A DNA stretch of 64,000 nt, from assembly GCA_004297205.1 (NCBI GenBank), contig SCUL01000002.1, positions 6,429-70,428 on the forward strand. The letters are read 5' to 3'. This DNA is from Patescibacteria group bacterium. GTDB lineage: Bacteria; Patescibacteriota; Patescibacteriia; 2-12-FULL-57-11. Position 1 is the first letter of the stretch, and each line of letters opens with the position of its first letter. The notes below the pieces were generated by a model. It searched no databases. It had not been told where the DNA came from and was given only the letters and a program-made list of their open reading frames with translations. Below are positions 27,830 through 39,688 of this stretch, one piece after another. Made by a program: the position numbers and the translations under genes.

Positions 27830-28336
27830 ATGGAACTGATCAACACCCTCGGCATCGACTGGCGCATCCTGCTTTGGCAGGCCGCCGTCTTCCTCGTGCT
27901 CCTCGGCGTGCTCCGGAAGTTCGCCTACGGTCCGATCCTGGCCGCGCTCACCGCGCGTCGCGAGAAGATCGCGGTCGGACTTGCGGATGCCGAAGCGGCC
28001 GCGCAGGCCAAAGCCGAGGCGGAGCGGACGCGGCAGGAGATCGTGGCCGCCGCGCAAAAAGAGGCCGGCCGCATTATCGCCGACGCCGCCGCCGCTTCCG
28101 AGGCGCAGCGCGCGGAATCGTTGCTGCGGACGCGCGCCGAGGTGGAACGCCTGTTGCGCGAGGGCGATCAGCGTCTCGCGCAGGAACGCGCCGCCATGAT
28201 GGCCGGGGCGGAGGCCGAACTCGGCGGCGTGGTGAAAACGTCGCTCGAGAAGGTGCTCGGCCGCCTGGTCACGGAAAAGGACCATGAACGGCTGTTGGCG
28301 GACGCGCTTGCGGCCGCAAAGAAGGGCGGTCTGTGA
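27830..28336 (+). CDS. atpF: ATP synthase Fo subunit b
   Basis: LGIDW...Q...F.VL...L.KF.Y.PI...L..R...I followed by a coiled coil. Confidence 0.95.
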   Translation: MELINTLGIDWRILLWQAAVFLVLLGVLRKFAYGPILAALTARREKIAVGLADAEAAAQAKAEAERTRQEIVAAAQKEAGRIIADAAAASEAQRAESLLRTRAEVERLLREGDQRLAQERAAMMAGAEAELGGVVKTSLEKVLGRLVTEKDHERLLADALAAAKKGGL

Positions 28337-28728
28337 GCACGCGCATCGCACCCCGCCACTACGCCGAAGCCCTGCTGCGCTTGTCGCGGCAGGGAATGGG
28401 CGATGCCGCGCTGACCGTGGCCGTGGACCGCGTGGCGGACGAGTTGGTCCGCGCCGGGCGCGCCGCCTGGCTCGACCAGGTGCTCGCGGAATTCACGCGC
28501 TTGGCCGGTGCCGACGCCGGACGGCGCGAGGTCCACGTGACGAGCGCGCAGCCGCTGCGCGAGACGGCCGCCGCGGCCGTAGCCGATGCCGCGGGCGTCG
28601 CTCCGGAAGCGCTCGACCTGCGCGAGCACGTCGACGCATCGCTTTTGGCCGGCGGACGGGTCGCGGCGGGCGACCGGATCGTCTCCGGGAGCGTCCGCGA
28701 CCGGCTCGATACGCTCTTTCCCGCATAA
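28333..28728 (+). CDS. atpH: ATP synthase F1 subunit delta (short form)
   Basis: GTG start overlapping the atpF stop; YAEAL, V.VTSAQPL, VDASLLAG.....GD.IV.GSV..RL. Confidence 0.85.
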   Translation: MSTRIAPRHYAEALLRLSRQGMGDAALTVAVDRVADELVRAGRAAWLDQVLAEFTRLAGADAGRREVHVTSAQPLRETAAAAVADAAGVAPEALDLREHVDASLLAGGRVAAGDRIVSGSVRDRLDTLFPA

Positions 28729-28772
28729 AAAGAACCCCCGCCCACATCCTTGAGAGGATGGATGGCGGGGTC
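28727..28772 (-). terminator. Terminator of the antisense orphan gene
   Basis: Minus strand GACCCCGCC...GGCGGGGG followed by TTCTTTTT; no T tract on the plus strand. Confidence 0.65.
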
Positions 28773-29106
28773 ACGCGTCCCGATAGTACCAGGACACGAA
28801 CTCCTCGTGCGCGGCGTTGATCAGAGCGACGTTGTTCAACGTCACGCCGAGTCCGATCTCGATCGTCAACTCTTCGGGCAGCCGGTCAACGTAGTGCTTG
28901 ACCTTCTGCTCGAGGGAGGTGAACGTCCGCCACTGCTCGAGGAACGTGGCGCGGCGATCCGCGTCCCGCGACCACCCACGCTCCTTGATCTGCTTCTCCA
29001 CCGCCTCGCGATCGCGGAAGTAGTGGAGGAGGAGATTCCAGAGCTCCTCAACGTCGAGCCGTTGTTCCGGGGGAATGGACCCGGAGCCGACGCGGTCCCG
29101 AGACAT
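28771..29106 (-). CDS. Orphan 111-aa protein encoded antisense between atpH and atpA
   Basis: Fills the gap exactly; AAGGAGGT SD; promoter TTGACA-17-TAGGCT (29131-29159); own terminator. Confidence 0.75.
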   Translation of the reverse strand: MSRDRVGSGSIPPEQRLDVEELWNLLLHYFRDREAVEKQIKERGWSRDADRRATFLEQWRTFTSLEQKVKHYVDRLPEELTIEIGLGVTLNNVALINAAHEEFVSWYYRDA

Positions 29107-29152
29107 ACGCACCTCCTTTCGGAACACACGAGCCTAGCTCAAACATACACTT

Positions 29153-30658
<1,506 letters not shown>

Positions 30659-30660
30659 CC

Positions 30661-31599
30661 ATGGCGATTTCCCCGCGCATCATCCGGCGGCGCATCAAGT
30701 CCGTCGCCAACACCCGCAAGATCACCCGCGCCATGGAACTCGTGGCCGCGGCCAAAATGCGCCGTGCCGTGGCCGCCTCGCAGCGCTCCAAAGCCTACGC
30801 CGGCCTGGCCCGCGACATGTTGGCGCACCTTGCCGCCGTGACCGAACCGGAAGCGCACGTGCTGCTCGCCGCGAAGCCGGTCGAACGGATCCTGCTCATC
30901 GTCATCACCAGCCATCGCGGCTTGTGCGGCGGCTTCAACGCCAACATCCTGCGGCGCGCCGTGGCCCAGGCCAAATCGCCGGAGCGCATGGCCGTGCAGC
31001 GCGTGGCCGGCACCGCGGACATCCTGCCCGTCGGCAACGTGGCCGTGAACGTGGTGGCCGTGGGCCGCAAAGGCGAGGATGCCTTCCGGCGCGCCAACGT
31101 GCCGGTGGTGGCCTCGTTCCGCATCGCCGGCGACCTCCCGACCGCGGCCGAAGCGCGGCCCATCGCCCAGCTCGCGATGCGCGAGTTCCAGGAGGGGAAG
31201 TACGAAAAGGTTGTGGTAGCCTACACGGATTTCGTCTCGTCGCTCGTCCAGGTGCCGAAGTTCCGGCAGGTGTTGCCGGTCTCGCCGGTCGACATGGAAA
31301 AGATGCTGGCCGGTGACGAAGCGGCTCCGACCCTCTCGAAGCAGGAGACGATCTTCGAACCGGACGCGGCGCGCGTGCTCGACCAGATGTTGCCGCGGTT
31401 GGTGGAGGTGCTGACCTACCAGGCGATGCTCGAATCGTCCGCCTCCGAACACTCGGCGCGCATGCTGGCCATGCGCAACGCCTCGGACGCGGCCGGCGAG
31501 ATGATCGACGACCTGACCTTGACCTACAACGGCGCGCGCCAGGCCGGCATCACCCGCGAGATCGCCGAGATCGCCGCCGGCAGCGCGGCGCAAGAATAA
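30661..31599 (+). CDS. atpG: ATP synthase F1 subunit gamma
   Basis: RIKSV.NT.KITRAMELVAAAK, RGLCGGFN, SEHSARM.AM.NA, ARQAGITREIAEI. Confidence 0.98.
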   Translation: MAISPRIIRRRIKSVANTRKITRAMELVAAAKMRRAVAASQRSKAYAGLARDMLAHLAAVTEPEAHVLLAAKPVERILLIVITSHRGLCGGFNANILRRAVAQAKSPERMAVQRVAGTADILPVGNVAVNVVAVGRKGEDAFRRANVPVVASFRIAGDLPTAAEARPIAQLAMREFQEGKYEKVVVAYTDFVSSLVQVPKFRQVLPVSPVDMEKMLAGDEAAPTLSKQETIFEPDAARVLDQMLPRLVEVLTYQAMLESSASEHSARMLAMRNASDAAGEMIDDLTLTYNGARQAGITREIAEIAAGSAAQE

Positions 31600-31636
31600 A
31601 AAAGAGGCGTCCTTCCCGGGAGACCGCTAGCCGAGG

Positions 31637-31876
31637 CTAGTAGTCCGCCGAGAGGGACGCGGGCGTGTTCAGCCGGCCGCAGTTCGGGCACTGCTTCCCC
31701 TCGGGAGGGGAGGCGCCGCCGAGCACGGTGCCGCACTGACCGCAGCGGTCCGGAAGCGGTCCGGTCTGCACCACGCGGAAGGTCTCCCCCGGGGGGAGCG
31801 CCTGACGCGGCGGAGCGATCGGCGTTACGCTGCGAACCGCGGGTTGAGACGAATCACGATCGATGAGACTACCCAT
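31637..31876 (-). CDS. Orphan 79-aa zinc-ribbon protein encoded antisense between atpG and atpD
   Basis: Fills the gap; GGAGGT SD; two CxxC pairs (CGQC, CPNC); T-rich terminator-like sequence at about 31598-31628. Confidence 0.7.
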   Translation of the reverse strand: MGSLIDRDSSQPAVRSVTPIAPPRQALPPGETFRVVQTGPLPDRCGQCGTVLGGASPPEGKQCPNCGRLNTPASLSADY

Positions 31877-31878
31877 GA

Positions 31879-33291
<1,413 letters not shown>

Positions 33292-33293
33292 TC

Positions 33294-33740
33294 ATGCCGT
33301 TGCATTTCGAAATCACGTCGCCCGAACGGCTCGTCCTTAAGGACGAGATCGACCAGGTCTCCATCCCGACCGCGATGGGGGAGATCACCGTGCTGCCCGG
33401 CCACGTCCCGCTCGTCGCCGAGCTCGTGCCGGGCGAGTTGCGCGTCAAACGCAACGGCGAGCAGCACTTCTACGCCGTGGCCGGCGGCTTCGTCGAGGTC
33501 CAACCGGACGACCGCGTCGTCATTCTTGCTGATGCCGTCGAGCGCGACGACGAACTGGACATCACGGCCATAGAGGCGGCCGAGGAACGCGCCCGCAAGG
33601 CGCTGAGCGAGCAGACGCGCATGGACGATACGGCCTTTGCCGCCGCCGCGGCCGCCCTGGAGCACGAGATGGCGCGTCTGCGGGTGGCCCGCAAGCGCGC
33701 GCCGCGGTCCACGCCGGTCACACGGAAGGGCGCGGAGTAA
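33294..33740 (+). CDS. atpC: ATP synthase F1 subunit epsilon
   Basis: FEITSPER, GEITVLPGH.PL, GGFVEV, ILAD plus C-terminal helical hairpin. Confidence 0.96.
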   Translation: MPLHFEITSPERLVLKDEIDQVSIPTAMGEITVLPGHVPLVAELVPGELRVKRNGEQHFYAVAGGFVEVQPDDRVVILADAVERDDELDITAIEAAEERARKALSEQTRMDDTAFAAAAAALEHEMARLRVARKRAPRSTPVTRKGAE

Positions 33741-33750
33741 CGTTATCCAC

Positions 33751-33777
33751 AAAAAACGGCCCTCCGGCCGCTTTTTT
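33751..33777 (+). terminator. Terminator of the atp operon
   Basis: CGGCC-CTCC-GGCCG followed by CTTTTTT; preceded by a lone TTATCCACA. Confidence 0.7.
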
Positions 33778-33853
33778 GTATTGACCCGGTCCCGATCCGG
33801 CGGTACGATCTTGGCCCCCGTCTGAGACGGGCATGACATTTTGCCTTTCCTCC

Positions 33854-35479
33854 ATGCGTTCTCTCACCGCGAAACTGAAACAGAACTGGAAATCCGGCGT
33901 CACGGTTTCGTTGGTTTCGATTCCGCTCTCCGTCTCGCTGGCCGTCGCTTCACACGCATCGCCGTCGATGGGCATCGTGACCGCCGTCTGGGCAGGACTC
34001 GTCGCCTCGCTGTTCGGCGGCAGCAATTTCAACATCGTCGGTCCGACCGGCGCGCTCTCCGGACTGCTGGCCATGTACGCCATGACGCATGGCGCGGGCA
34101 CCCTCCCGATGTTGGCGCTCTTGTCCGGCGCGCTGATCCTGATCGCCCAGCTGTTGCGCATGGAACGCTATCTGGTGCTGGTGCCGGGCAGCGCCATCCA
34201 CGGGTTCACGCTCGGCGTGGCCTTCATCATCGGCCTGAACCAGATGAATTTCGCGCTCGGTTTGTCCGGGCTTGAAACGCACGAGAAATTCATCCAGAAC
34301 GTCGTCGAATCCGCGCGGCACGTCGGCTCGGCCTCGCTGCCGGTCGTCCTGGTATTCGCCGTCTCGCTGACGTTCCTGTTCCTGTTCAAAAAGTTTCGGC
34401 CCAAGCTGCCGGGCGCCATCCTGCTTGCGCCGCTCGGCATCCTCGCCGGTTATGCGGGGTCGGCAGGCATGCTGCCGTTCCACCTGCCCACGCTCGGCGC
34501 GCTCTATCCCTCCATCGCCGGCGGATTGTTCCTGCCGTACACGTTCGTTTTCAAACAGACCATGATCGCACCGGCGTTCGCCATCGCGCTCATCGCCATC
34601 ATCGAAACCATGGTTTCGGCCAAAATCGCCGACGGCATGACCAAGACGAAGTATCACAAACAAAACGAAATGCGCGGGTTGGCGCTGGCCAACATCGCGT
34701 CCGGCGTCATGGGCGGCATGCCGGCGACGGCGGCGCTGGCCCGGACTTCGCTGAACGTCAAAACCGGCGCCGACGACAAGCTGTCGGCGACGATCAGCAG
34801 CATCGGCGTGGGCGTCATCTCCCTGGTGTTCCTCGGCTACTTCACCTACATCCCGCTGGCGGTCATCGCCGCCATCCTCGTGTACGTCGCCGTCCAGATG
34901 GTCGAAGCCGAGCACTTCAAGCGGATGTTCGCGCACGACCGCAAAAGCTTCTTCGTCGCCATCTTCGTGGCCTTCGTGACGATCTACGTGGACCCCATCG
35001 TCGGCATCATCCTGGGAGTCGGCATCGCCCTGCTCATCCTGGTGGAGAAGCTCTCCCGTGGACAGTTCGACCTGATCGTCAACGACCAGAACAAAAAGAT
35101 CGTCCGACACATCACCGGAGAGAAGCTGCAGGAGATTACGGAGGGGTCCAACACCATCGTCTATTCCATCGGCGGACTGCTGTGTTACGTCAACGGCGAA
35201 GCGCACCTGGAACGGTTCCATCGCAGGCTCAACGGTTTTGAAAACATCATTTTGCGGCTGCGCGACGTCTATTACGTGGACATCGACGGCGCCGAGGCCA
35301 TGGATGAAATCATCCGGGTGATCCAGGCGAAGGGAAAGAACGTCTTTGTCTCCAGCGTGAACCCGCTGATCGACGAAATGTTGAATGAGAGCGAGGCGTA
35401 CAAGAATCTGAAGGCGGACGGGAACGTTTTTGAAAAAAGCTCGGACGTCCTCAAGCACCTCGGATTCCGCATCGCCTAA
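33854..35479 (+). CDS. SulP/SLC26 anion permease with STAS domain
   Basis: SG.TV.LVSIPLS...A, FGGS..NIVGPTGA, PATAALART.LN, C-terminal STAS domain; promoter TTGACC-17-TACGAT at 33781-33809. Alternative start at 33833. Confidence 0.93.
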   Translation: MRSLTAKLKQNWKSGVTVSLVSIPLSVSLAVASHASPSMGIVTAVWAGLVASLFGGSNFNIVGPTGALSGLLAMYAMTHGAGTLPMLALLSGALILIAQLLRMERYLVLVPGSAIHGFTLGVAFIIGLNQMNFALGLSGLETHEKFIQNVVESARHVGSASLPVVLVFAVSLTFLFLFKKFRPKLPGAILLAPLGILAGYAGSAGMLPFHLPTLGALYPSIAGGLFLPYTFVFKQTMIAPAFAIALIAIIETMVSAKIADGMTKTKYHKQNEMRGLALANIASGVMGGMPATAALARTSLNVKTGADDKLSATISSIGVGVISLVFLGYFTYIPLAVIAAILVYVAVQMVEAEHFKRMFAHDRKSFFVAIFVAFVTIYVDPIVGIILGVGIALLILVEKLSRGQFDLIVNDQNKKIVRHITGEKLQEITEGSNTIVYSIGGLLCYVNGEAHLERFHRRLNGFENIILRLRDVYYVDIDGAEAMDEIIRVIQAKGKNVFVSSVNPLIDEMLNESEAYKNLKADGNVFEKSSDVLKHLGFRIA

Positions 35480-35530
35480 AAAAAGAGCCCCGCCATCGTC
35501 CCTCACCTTCGGAAGGGGGACGGCGGGGTC
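35478..35530 (-). terminator. Terminator of the receiver-domain gene
   Basis: Minus strand GACCCCGCC...GGCGGGG followed by CTCTTTTTT. Confidence 0.6.
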
Positions 35531-35919
35531 ATCAACTTCGCCATCAGCTCCAGGAGAGCGTCGATGCCGAAGGGTTTGTCCATCGCGTGGATGGTCGGGT
35601 CCTTGGCGGCAAGTGCGAGCCGCTGGGCCGCGCCTGCGTCGCCGCTCATGAGCACCACCTTGAGATGAGGTGCGATCCCTCGGGCGAGCTTGATGAGCTC
35701 CGGCCCGTTCATGTGCGGCATCTGGTAGTCGGTGATCAGGATGTCCAGGGAAGCGTCGACCTTCCCCAGTCCCTCCGCGCCGTCGCTGGCGAACTCGACG
35801 ACCACCTGTCCTTTCAGGCGATACATCAGGCTACGACGGATCGCGGACGGATACTGCGGGTCGTCGTCGACGATCAGGATCCGCCAGACCTTCTTCGGTC
35901 CTTCGTCACTCTTTTCCAT
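35503..35919 (-). CDS. Single-domain response regulator (CheY-like receiver)
   Basis: ILIVDDD, DILITDYQMP.MNG, LMSG, KPF; AGGAGG SD; promoter TTGACA-17-TATCCT at 35951-35979. Confidence 0.9.
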   Translation of the reverse strand: MEKSDEGPKKVWRILIVDDDPQYPSAIRRSLMYRLKGQVVVEFASDGAEGLGKVDASLDILITDYQMPHMNGPELIKLARGIAPHLKVVLMSGDAGAAQRLALAAKDPTIHAMDKPFGIDALLELMAKLMTPPSPFRR

Positions 35920-35978
35920 CCGCCATTGCCTCCTGCAAAGGGGAAGTGGGAGGATAGCAGCTGCGAACCCCACTGTCA

Positions 35979-38924
35979 ATGCAGCCCGAGGACCTTCTTT
36001 CCGGCCTGAACCCCGAACAGACGGCCGCCGTCACCCATGACCGCGGGCCGCTTTTGATCGTGGCCGGCGCGGGCACCGGCAAGACCAACGTCATCACCAG
36101 GCGCATCGGCTGGCTGATGGCATCCGGCAGGGCCACGGCCGAGGAGATCCTGGCGCTGACATTCACGGAAAAGGCGGCCGGCGAAATGGAAGAGCGCGTC
36201 GACCGGCTGCTGCCGCTCGGGTACGGCGACCTCTGGATCTGCACCTTCCACGGTTTCGGCGAACGCGTGCTGCGCGAGCGCGGACTCGAAATCGGCCTGC
36301 CGCGGACCTTTCCGGTCTACGACGAAACGGCCCAGGCCATGCTGATGCGCCGGAAATGGGAGGCGCTGGCACTCGACTACTACAAACCGCTCGGCAACCC
36401 CACCAAGTTCCTGCAGGCGCTGGTCTCGCATTTTTCCCGCGTCCAGGACGAATTGGTCGGGCCGGAGGAATACCTGAAGCACGCCCAAGCCGCCGCGCTC
36501 GACGGCGACGCGGCGACGAGCGAGGAGCGCACCGCCGAAGCTAAACGGCTGGCGGAAGTGGCCGAAGCCTATCACGCCTACAAACGCCTCTTGCGCGAGG
36601 AGGGCGCGCTCGACTTTTCCGATTTAATCAACGAGACGCTTCGCCTGTTCAAGGAGCGGCCGCACATCCTGGCCGAGTTCCGGAAACGTTTCCGCTATAT
36701 CCTGGTCGACGAATTCCAGGACACCAACTGGGCGCAGTACGAACTGGTGAAGCTGCTCACGGGCGAGGACCGCAACGTGACCGTGGTCGGCGACGACGAC
36801 CAGTCCATCTACAAGTTCCGCGGCGCTTCGGTCTCCAACATTCTCGATTTTGAACGCGACTTCGGCGGCGTGGCGCGCGTCGTGCTGACGCGCAACTACC
36901 GCAGCCGCCAGGAGATTCTCGATTGCGCCTACGGCTTCATCCAGAACAACAATCCGGACCGGCTTGAGGTGACGCTCGGCGAGGGGCTCAGCAAGCGCCT
37001 GGTGGCGGAGCGGGGGAGCGGCGGCATCATCGAACGGCTGCACGGCAAAACCATCGGCGACGAGGCGCGGCTGGTGATCGAGAGAATCCGGTCGCTGAAG
37101 GATGCCGATCCGGACACGAGCTGGAACGACTTCGCCGTGTTGGTCCGCGCCAACGACCACGCCGAACCGTTCCTGCACGCCATGAAGGCGCGCGGCATCC
37201 CGCACGAGTTCATGGGCGCGCGCGGCCTGTACACCGCGCCGATCGCCCTCGACATCCTGGCCTACCTGCGGCTGCTGATCGATCCGTTCGACTCGCCGTC
37301 GTGCTATCGCGTGCTGACCACGCCGGTCGTATCCGTGCAGCCCCGCTCAGCGGGGCTGCCGCACGACGCGTTGATCGCGCTGACCCACCACGCCGACAAA
37401 AAGAGCATGTCGTTGTTCGAAGCATGCCGACGCGCGGAATCGGTGCCGGGCGTGGATGCCGACAGTCTGACCGCGTTGCGCCGCTTCACCGGTCTCATCG
37501 ACCGGCACGGCTTTGACGCGCGCCGCGCGCCGATCGGGACGGTGCTCCTGGCCATGCTCCATGAGAGCGGCTATCTCAAGGCATTGGCCAACCAGAGCGA
37601 GGAGATGAGCCGCGAGGCCATGCGCGTGCTCCAGCAGTTTTGGAAGGACATCGAACGGTTTGCGGCGGAAGAGGCGGAGCCGACGACGGCGCGCTTCCTG
37701 GCGCATGTCCGCATGCAGCTCGAAACGGGCGACTCCGGTTTTCTGCCGGCCGATCCGGAAGCCGGACCGGAACTGGTCCGCGTCATGACGGCGCATGCCG
37801 CCAAAGGCCTGGAGTTCGCCAACGTCTTCATCGTCAACTTGGTCGACCGCCGCTTTCCGACCTCGGAGCGGCGTGACGCGATTCCCGTCCCTGAACCGTT
37901 CATCAAGGAGCATCTGCCGAAGGGGGATGCGCACCTTCAGGAAGAACGGCGTCTGTTTTATGTGGCGCTGACCCGCGCCCGCGACCGGCTCTTCCTGACC
38001 TCGGCCGACGACTACGGCGGTAGCCGCGCCAAAAAACCGTCGCGCTTCCTCGGCGAAGCCGGATTCGGGCCGGTCGCCGCGGAAAGCCGTGAGCCGGTCG
38101 TGGAAGTCACGCCGCAAGCGCGGCCGGCCTTCGGTGCCCTGAAGTTGCCGGAGCGCATGAGCTTCACGCAGTTCGCGGCCTTCGAGAAATGCCCGCTCCA
38201 ATACAAGTACGAGCACCTGCTGCGCATTCCCAAGCGCGGCAACGAGAACCAGAGTTTCGGGCAGTCCGTGCACGGCACGCTGCAGGAAGCATTCGAGCGC
38301 TACCGGGCGCGCACCTCCGCATCCACGCCGACGCTCTTCGATCAGGCGCCCGCGGCCGTCAAAAAACCGTTCGGCGAAATCGTGTCCACGGAAGAGCTGC
38401 TCGAGACGTACCGCGAGCGGTTCGTCGACGAGTGGTATGCCAGCGCTGAAGCGCGGACGAAGCGTTACGAGACGGGACGCAAGGCACTGATGAGTTATGC
38501 GAAGCGCATCGCCGAGCAGACGTTCGAGCTGGCCGGGATCGAAGTCGGCTTCACGCTGAAGTTCGGCGAGACCGTCGTCAAAGGCCGGATCGACCGCATC
38601 GACCGTCTGCCGGACGGCACGGTCCAGATCATCGACTACAAAACCGGGAAGGCGAAAGAAGATCCTGACCGCGACCAATTGCTCATCTACCAACTGGCGG
38701 CGCTGCGCGTGCTGAACCTGAAGCCGTCGAAGCTCACCTACCACTATCTGGAAGGGGACAGTGAGTTCACCTTCCTCGGCACGAATGAGGAGCTGTCTGA
38801 ATGTGAAGGACGCATCGAAGGACTGATCGGCAAGATGCGGACCAGCGACTTCCATCCGACGCCCGGCCCGCAGGTCTGCAAGTTCTGCGATTTCCGCGAG
38901 ATTTGCGAATCGCGCGCCGTCTAA
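35979..38924 (+). CDS. UvrD/PcrA-type SF1 helicase fused to C-terminal PD-(D/E)XK nuclease with Fe-S cysteines (AdnAB/AddAB-like)
   Basis: AGAGTGKT, DEFQDTN, GDDDQSIY.FRGA, NYRS, T.HAAKGLEF, EERRLFYVA.TRA; then CP..Y, GRIDRID...IIDYKTG, CKFCDF..IC. Confidence 0.93.
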   Translation: MQPEDLLSGLNPEQTAAVTHDRGPLLIVAGAGTGKTNVITRRIGWLMASGRATAEEILALTFTEKAAGEMEERVDRLLPLGYGDLWICTFHGFGERVLRERGLEIGLPRTFPVYDETAQAMLMRRKWEALALDYYKPLGNPTKFLQALVSHFSRVQDELVGPEEYLKHAQAAALDGDAATSEERTAEAKRLAEVAEAYHAYKRLLREEGALDFSDLINETLRLFKERPHILAEFRKRFRYILVDEFQDTNWAQYELVKLLTGEDRNVTVVGDDDQSIYKFRGASVSNILDFERDFGGVARVVLTRNYRSRQEILDCAYGFIQNNNPDRLEVTLGEGLSKRLVAERGSGGIIERLHGKTIGDEARLVIERIRSLKDADPDTSWNDFAVLVRANDHAEPFLHAMKARGIPHEFMGARGLYTAPIALDILAYLRLLIDPFDSPSCYRVLTTPVVSVQPRSAGLPHDALIALTHHADKKSMSLFEACRRAESVPGVDADSLTALRRFTGLIDRHGFDARRAPIGTVLLAMLHESGYLKALANQSEEMSREAMRVLQQFWKDIERFAAEEAEPTTARFLAHVRMQLETGDSGFLPADPEAGPELVRVMTAHAAKGLEFANVFIVNLVDRRFPTSERRDAIPVPEPFIKEHLPKGDAHLQEERRLFYVALTRARDRLFLTSADDYGGSRAKKPSRFLGEAGFGPVAAESREPVVEVTPQARPAFGALKLPERMSFTQFAAFEKCPLQYKYEHLLRIPKRGNENQSFGQSVHGTLQEAFERYRARTSASTPTLFDQAPAAVKKPFGEIVSTEELLETYRERFVDEWYASAEARTKRYETGRKALMSYAKRIAEQTFELAGIEVGFTLKFGETVVKGRIDRIDRLPDGTVQIIDYKTGKAKEDPDRDQLLIYQLAALRVLNLKPSKLTYHYLEGDSEFTFLGTNEELSECEGRIEGLIGKMRTSDFHPTPGPQVCKFCDFREICESRAV

Positions 38925-38927
38925 CAT

Positions 38928-39224
38928 ATGGCATTTGTTCCGCTCGGCAGCCTCCTCAAGAAGCAGATACAGGCCAAACCCGGCGTCTCCGGTCCGGTGC
39001 AGGCGTCGCGCGTCGTGCTGCGGGCCTGCGACGTGGTCACGGCCAAGTTCCCGGCGCTGGCGCCTCGTCTCACGGTCGTCTCTTTCCGGGACGGCGTGCT
39101 GACCGTGAAGGCGGCCAGCGGGGCGGCGGCCGCGGAAACCCGCCTGCGTGAGACGCAACTGCTTGCGGCCCTGCGCGACGAGGTCGGTCCGGGCGTGGTG
39201 CGGTCGTTGCGAGTCCGTCTCTAA
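38928..39224 (+). CDS. DciA/DUF721-family protein
   Basis: 98 aa; F.DGVL.V...S...A.E..L....L...L pattern. Confidence 0.7.
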   Translation: MAFVPLGSLLKKQIQAKPGVSGPVQASRVVLRACDVVTAKFPALAPRLTVVSFRDGVLTVKAASGAAAAETRLRETQLLAALRDEVGPGVVRSLRVRL

Positions 39225-39241
39225 GAACGTAAAATGCCGGC

Positions 39242-39625
39242 ATGACCTTCCGCCAGTACATTCTGGCCATGGGACTCGGCACGGTGATCGCCTGGGCGGC
39301 GTTCCTGCTCATCGTCGCCTTGGTGGATCCGCTTTCGGCCGGCACCCTCGGCCTTATTTTCTTCTATGTGGCGCTGGCCGTGGCCACCTCCGGTACGCTG
39401 GCGCTGATCGGGCTGTTCGTACGCACGGTGGTGGTCCGAACGCAGGACGTGCTCTCCAAACAGGTCACGCATTCCTTCCGGGAAGGTTTTCTCGTCGCCC
39501 TGCTGCTCGTGGCCGCGCTCGTTTTGCAAAGCCGCGGGATGCTCAGCGTCCTGAACACCACGCTGCTGCTCGCGGTGCTCGTTTTGACGGAATTTTTCTT
39601 CCTGTCGTACCGACCGCGCGGCTGA
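39242..39625 (+). CDS. Conserved hypothetical 4-TM membrane protein
   Basis: Four hydrophobic segments; VDP...G..G...FY, SFREG..., LTEFFF. Confidence 0.8.
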   Translation: MTFRQYILAMGLGTVIAWAAFLLIVALVDPLSAGTLGLIFFYVALAVATSGTLALIGLFVRTVVVRTQDVLSKQVTHSFREGFLVALLLVAALVLQSRGMLSVLNTTLLLAVLVLTEFFFLSYRPRG

Positions 39626-39688
39626 TTTTGGGGCCTTCCGGCGGCCTTGCCAGTGTCTGGCTGCGCCAGTACACTTTTTCGGAACGGT

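Noticed and set aside
33743-33751. Perfect DnaA box TTATCCACA as a sign of oriC
   Set aside because: Single box in a short spacer with no cluster, AT-rich unwinding element or dnaA/dnaN; near-matches at about 15827 and 21651 are also isolated.
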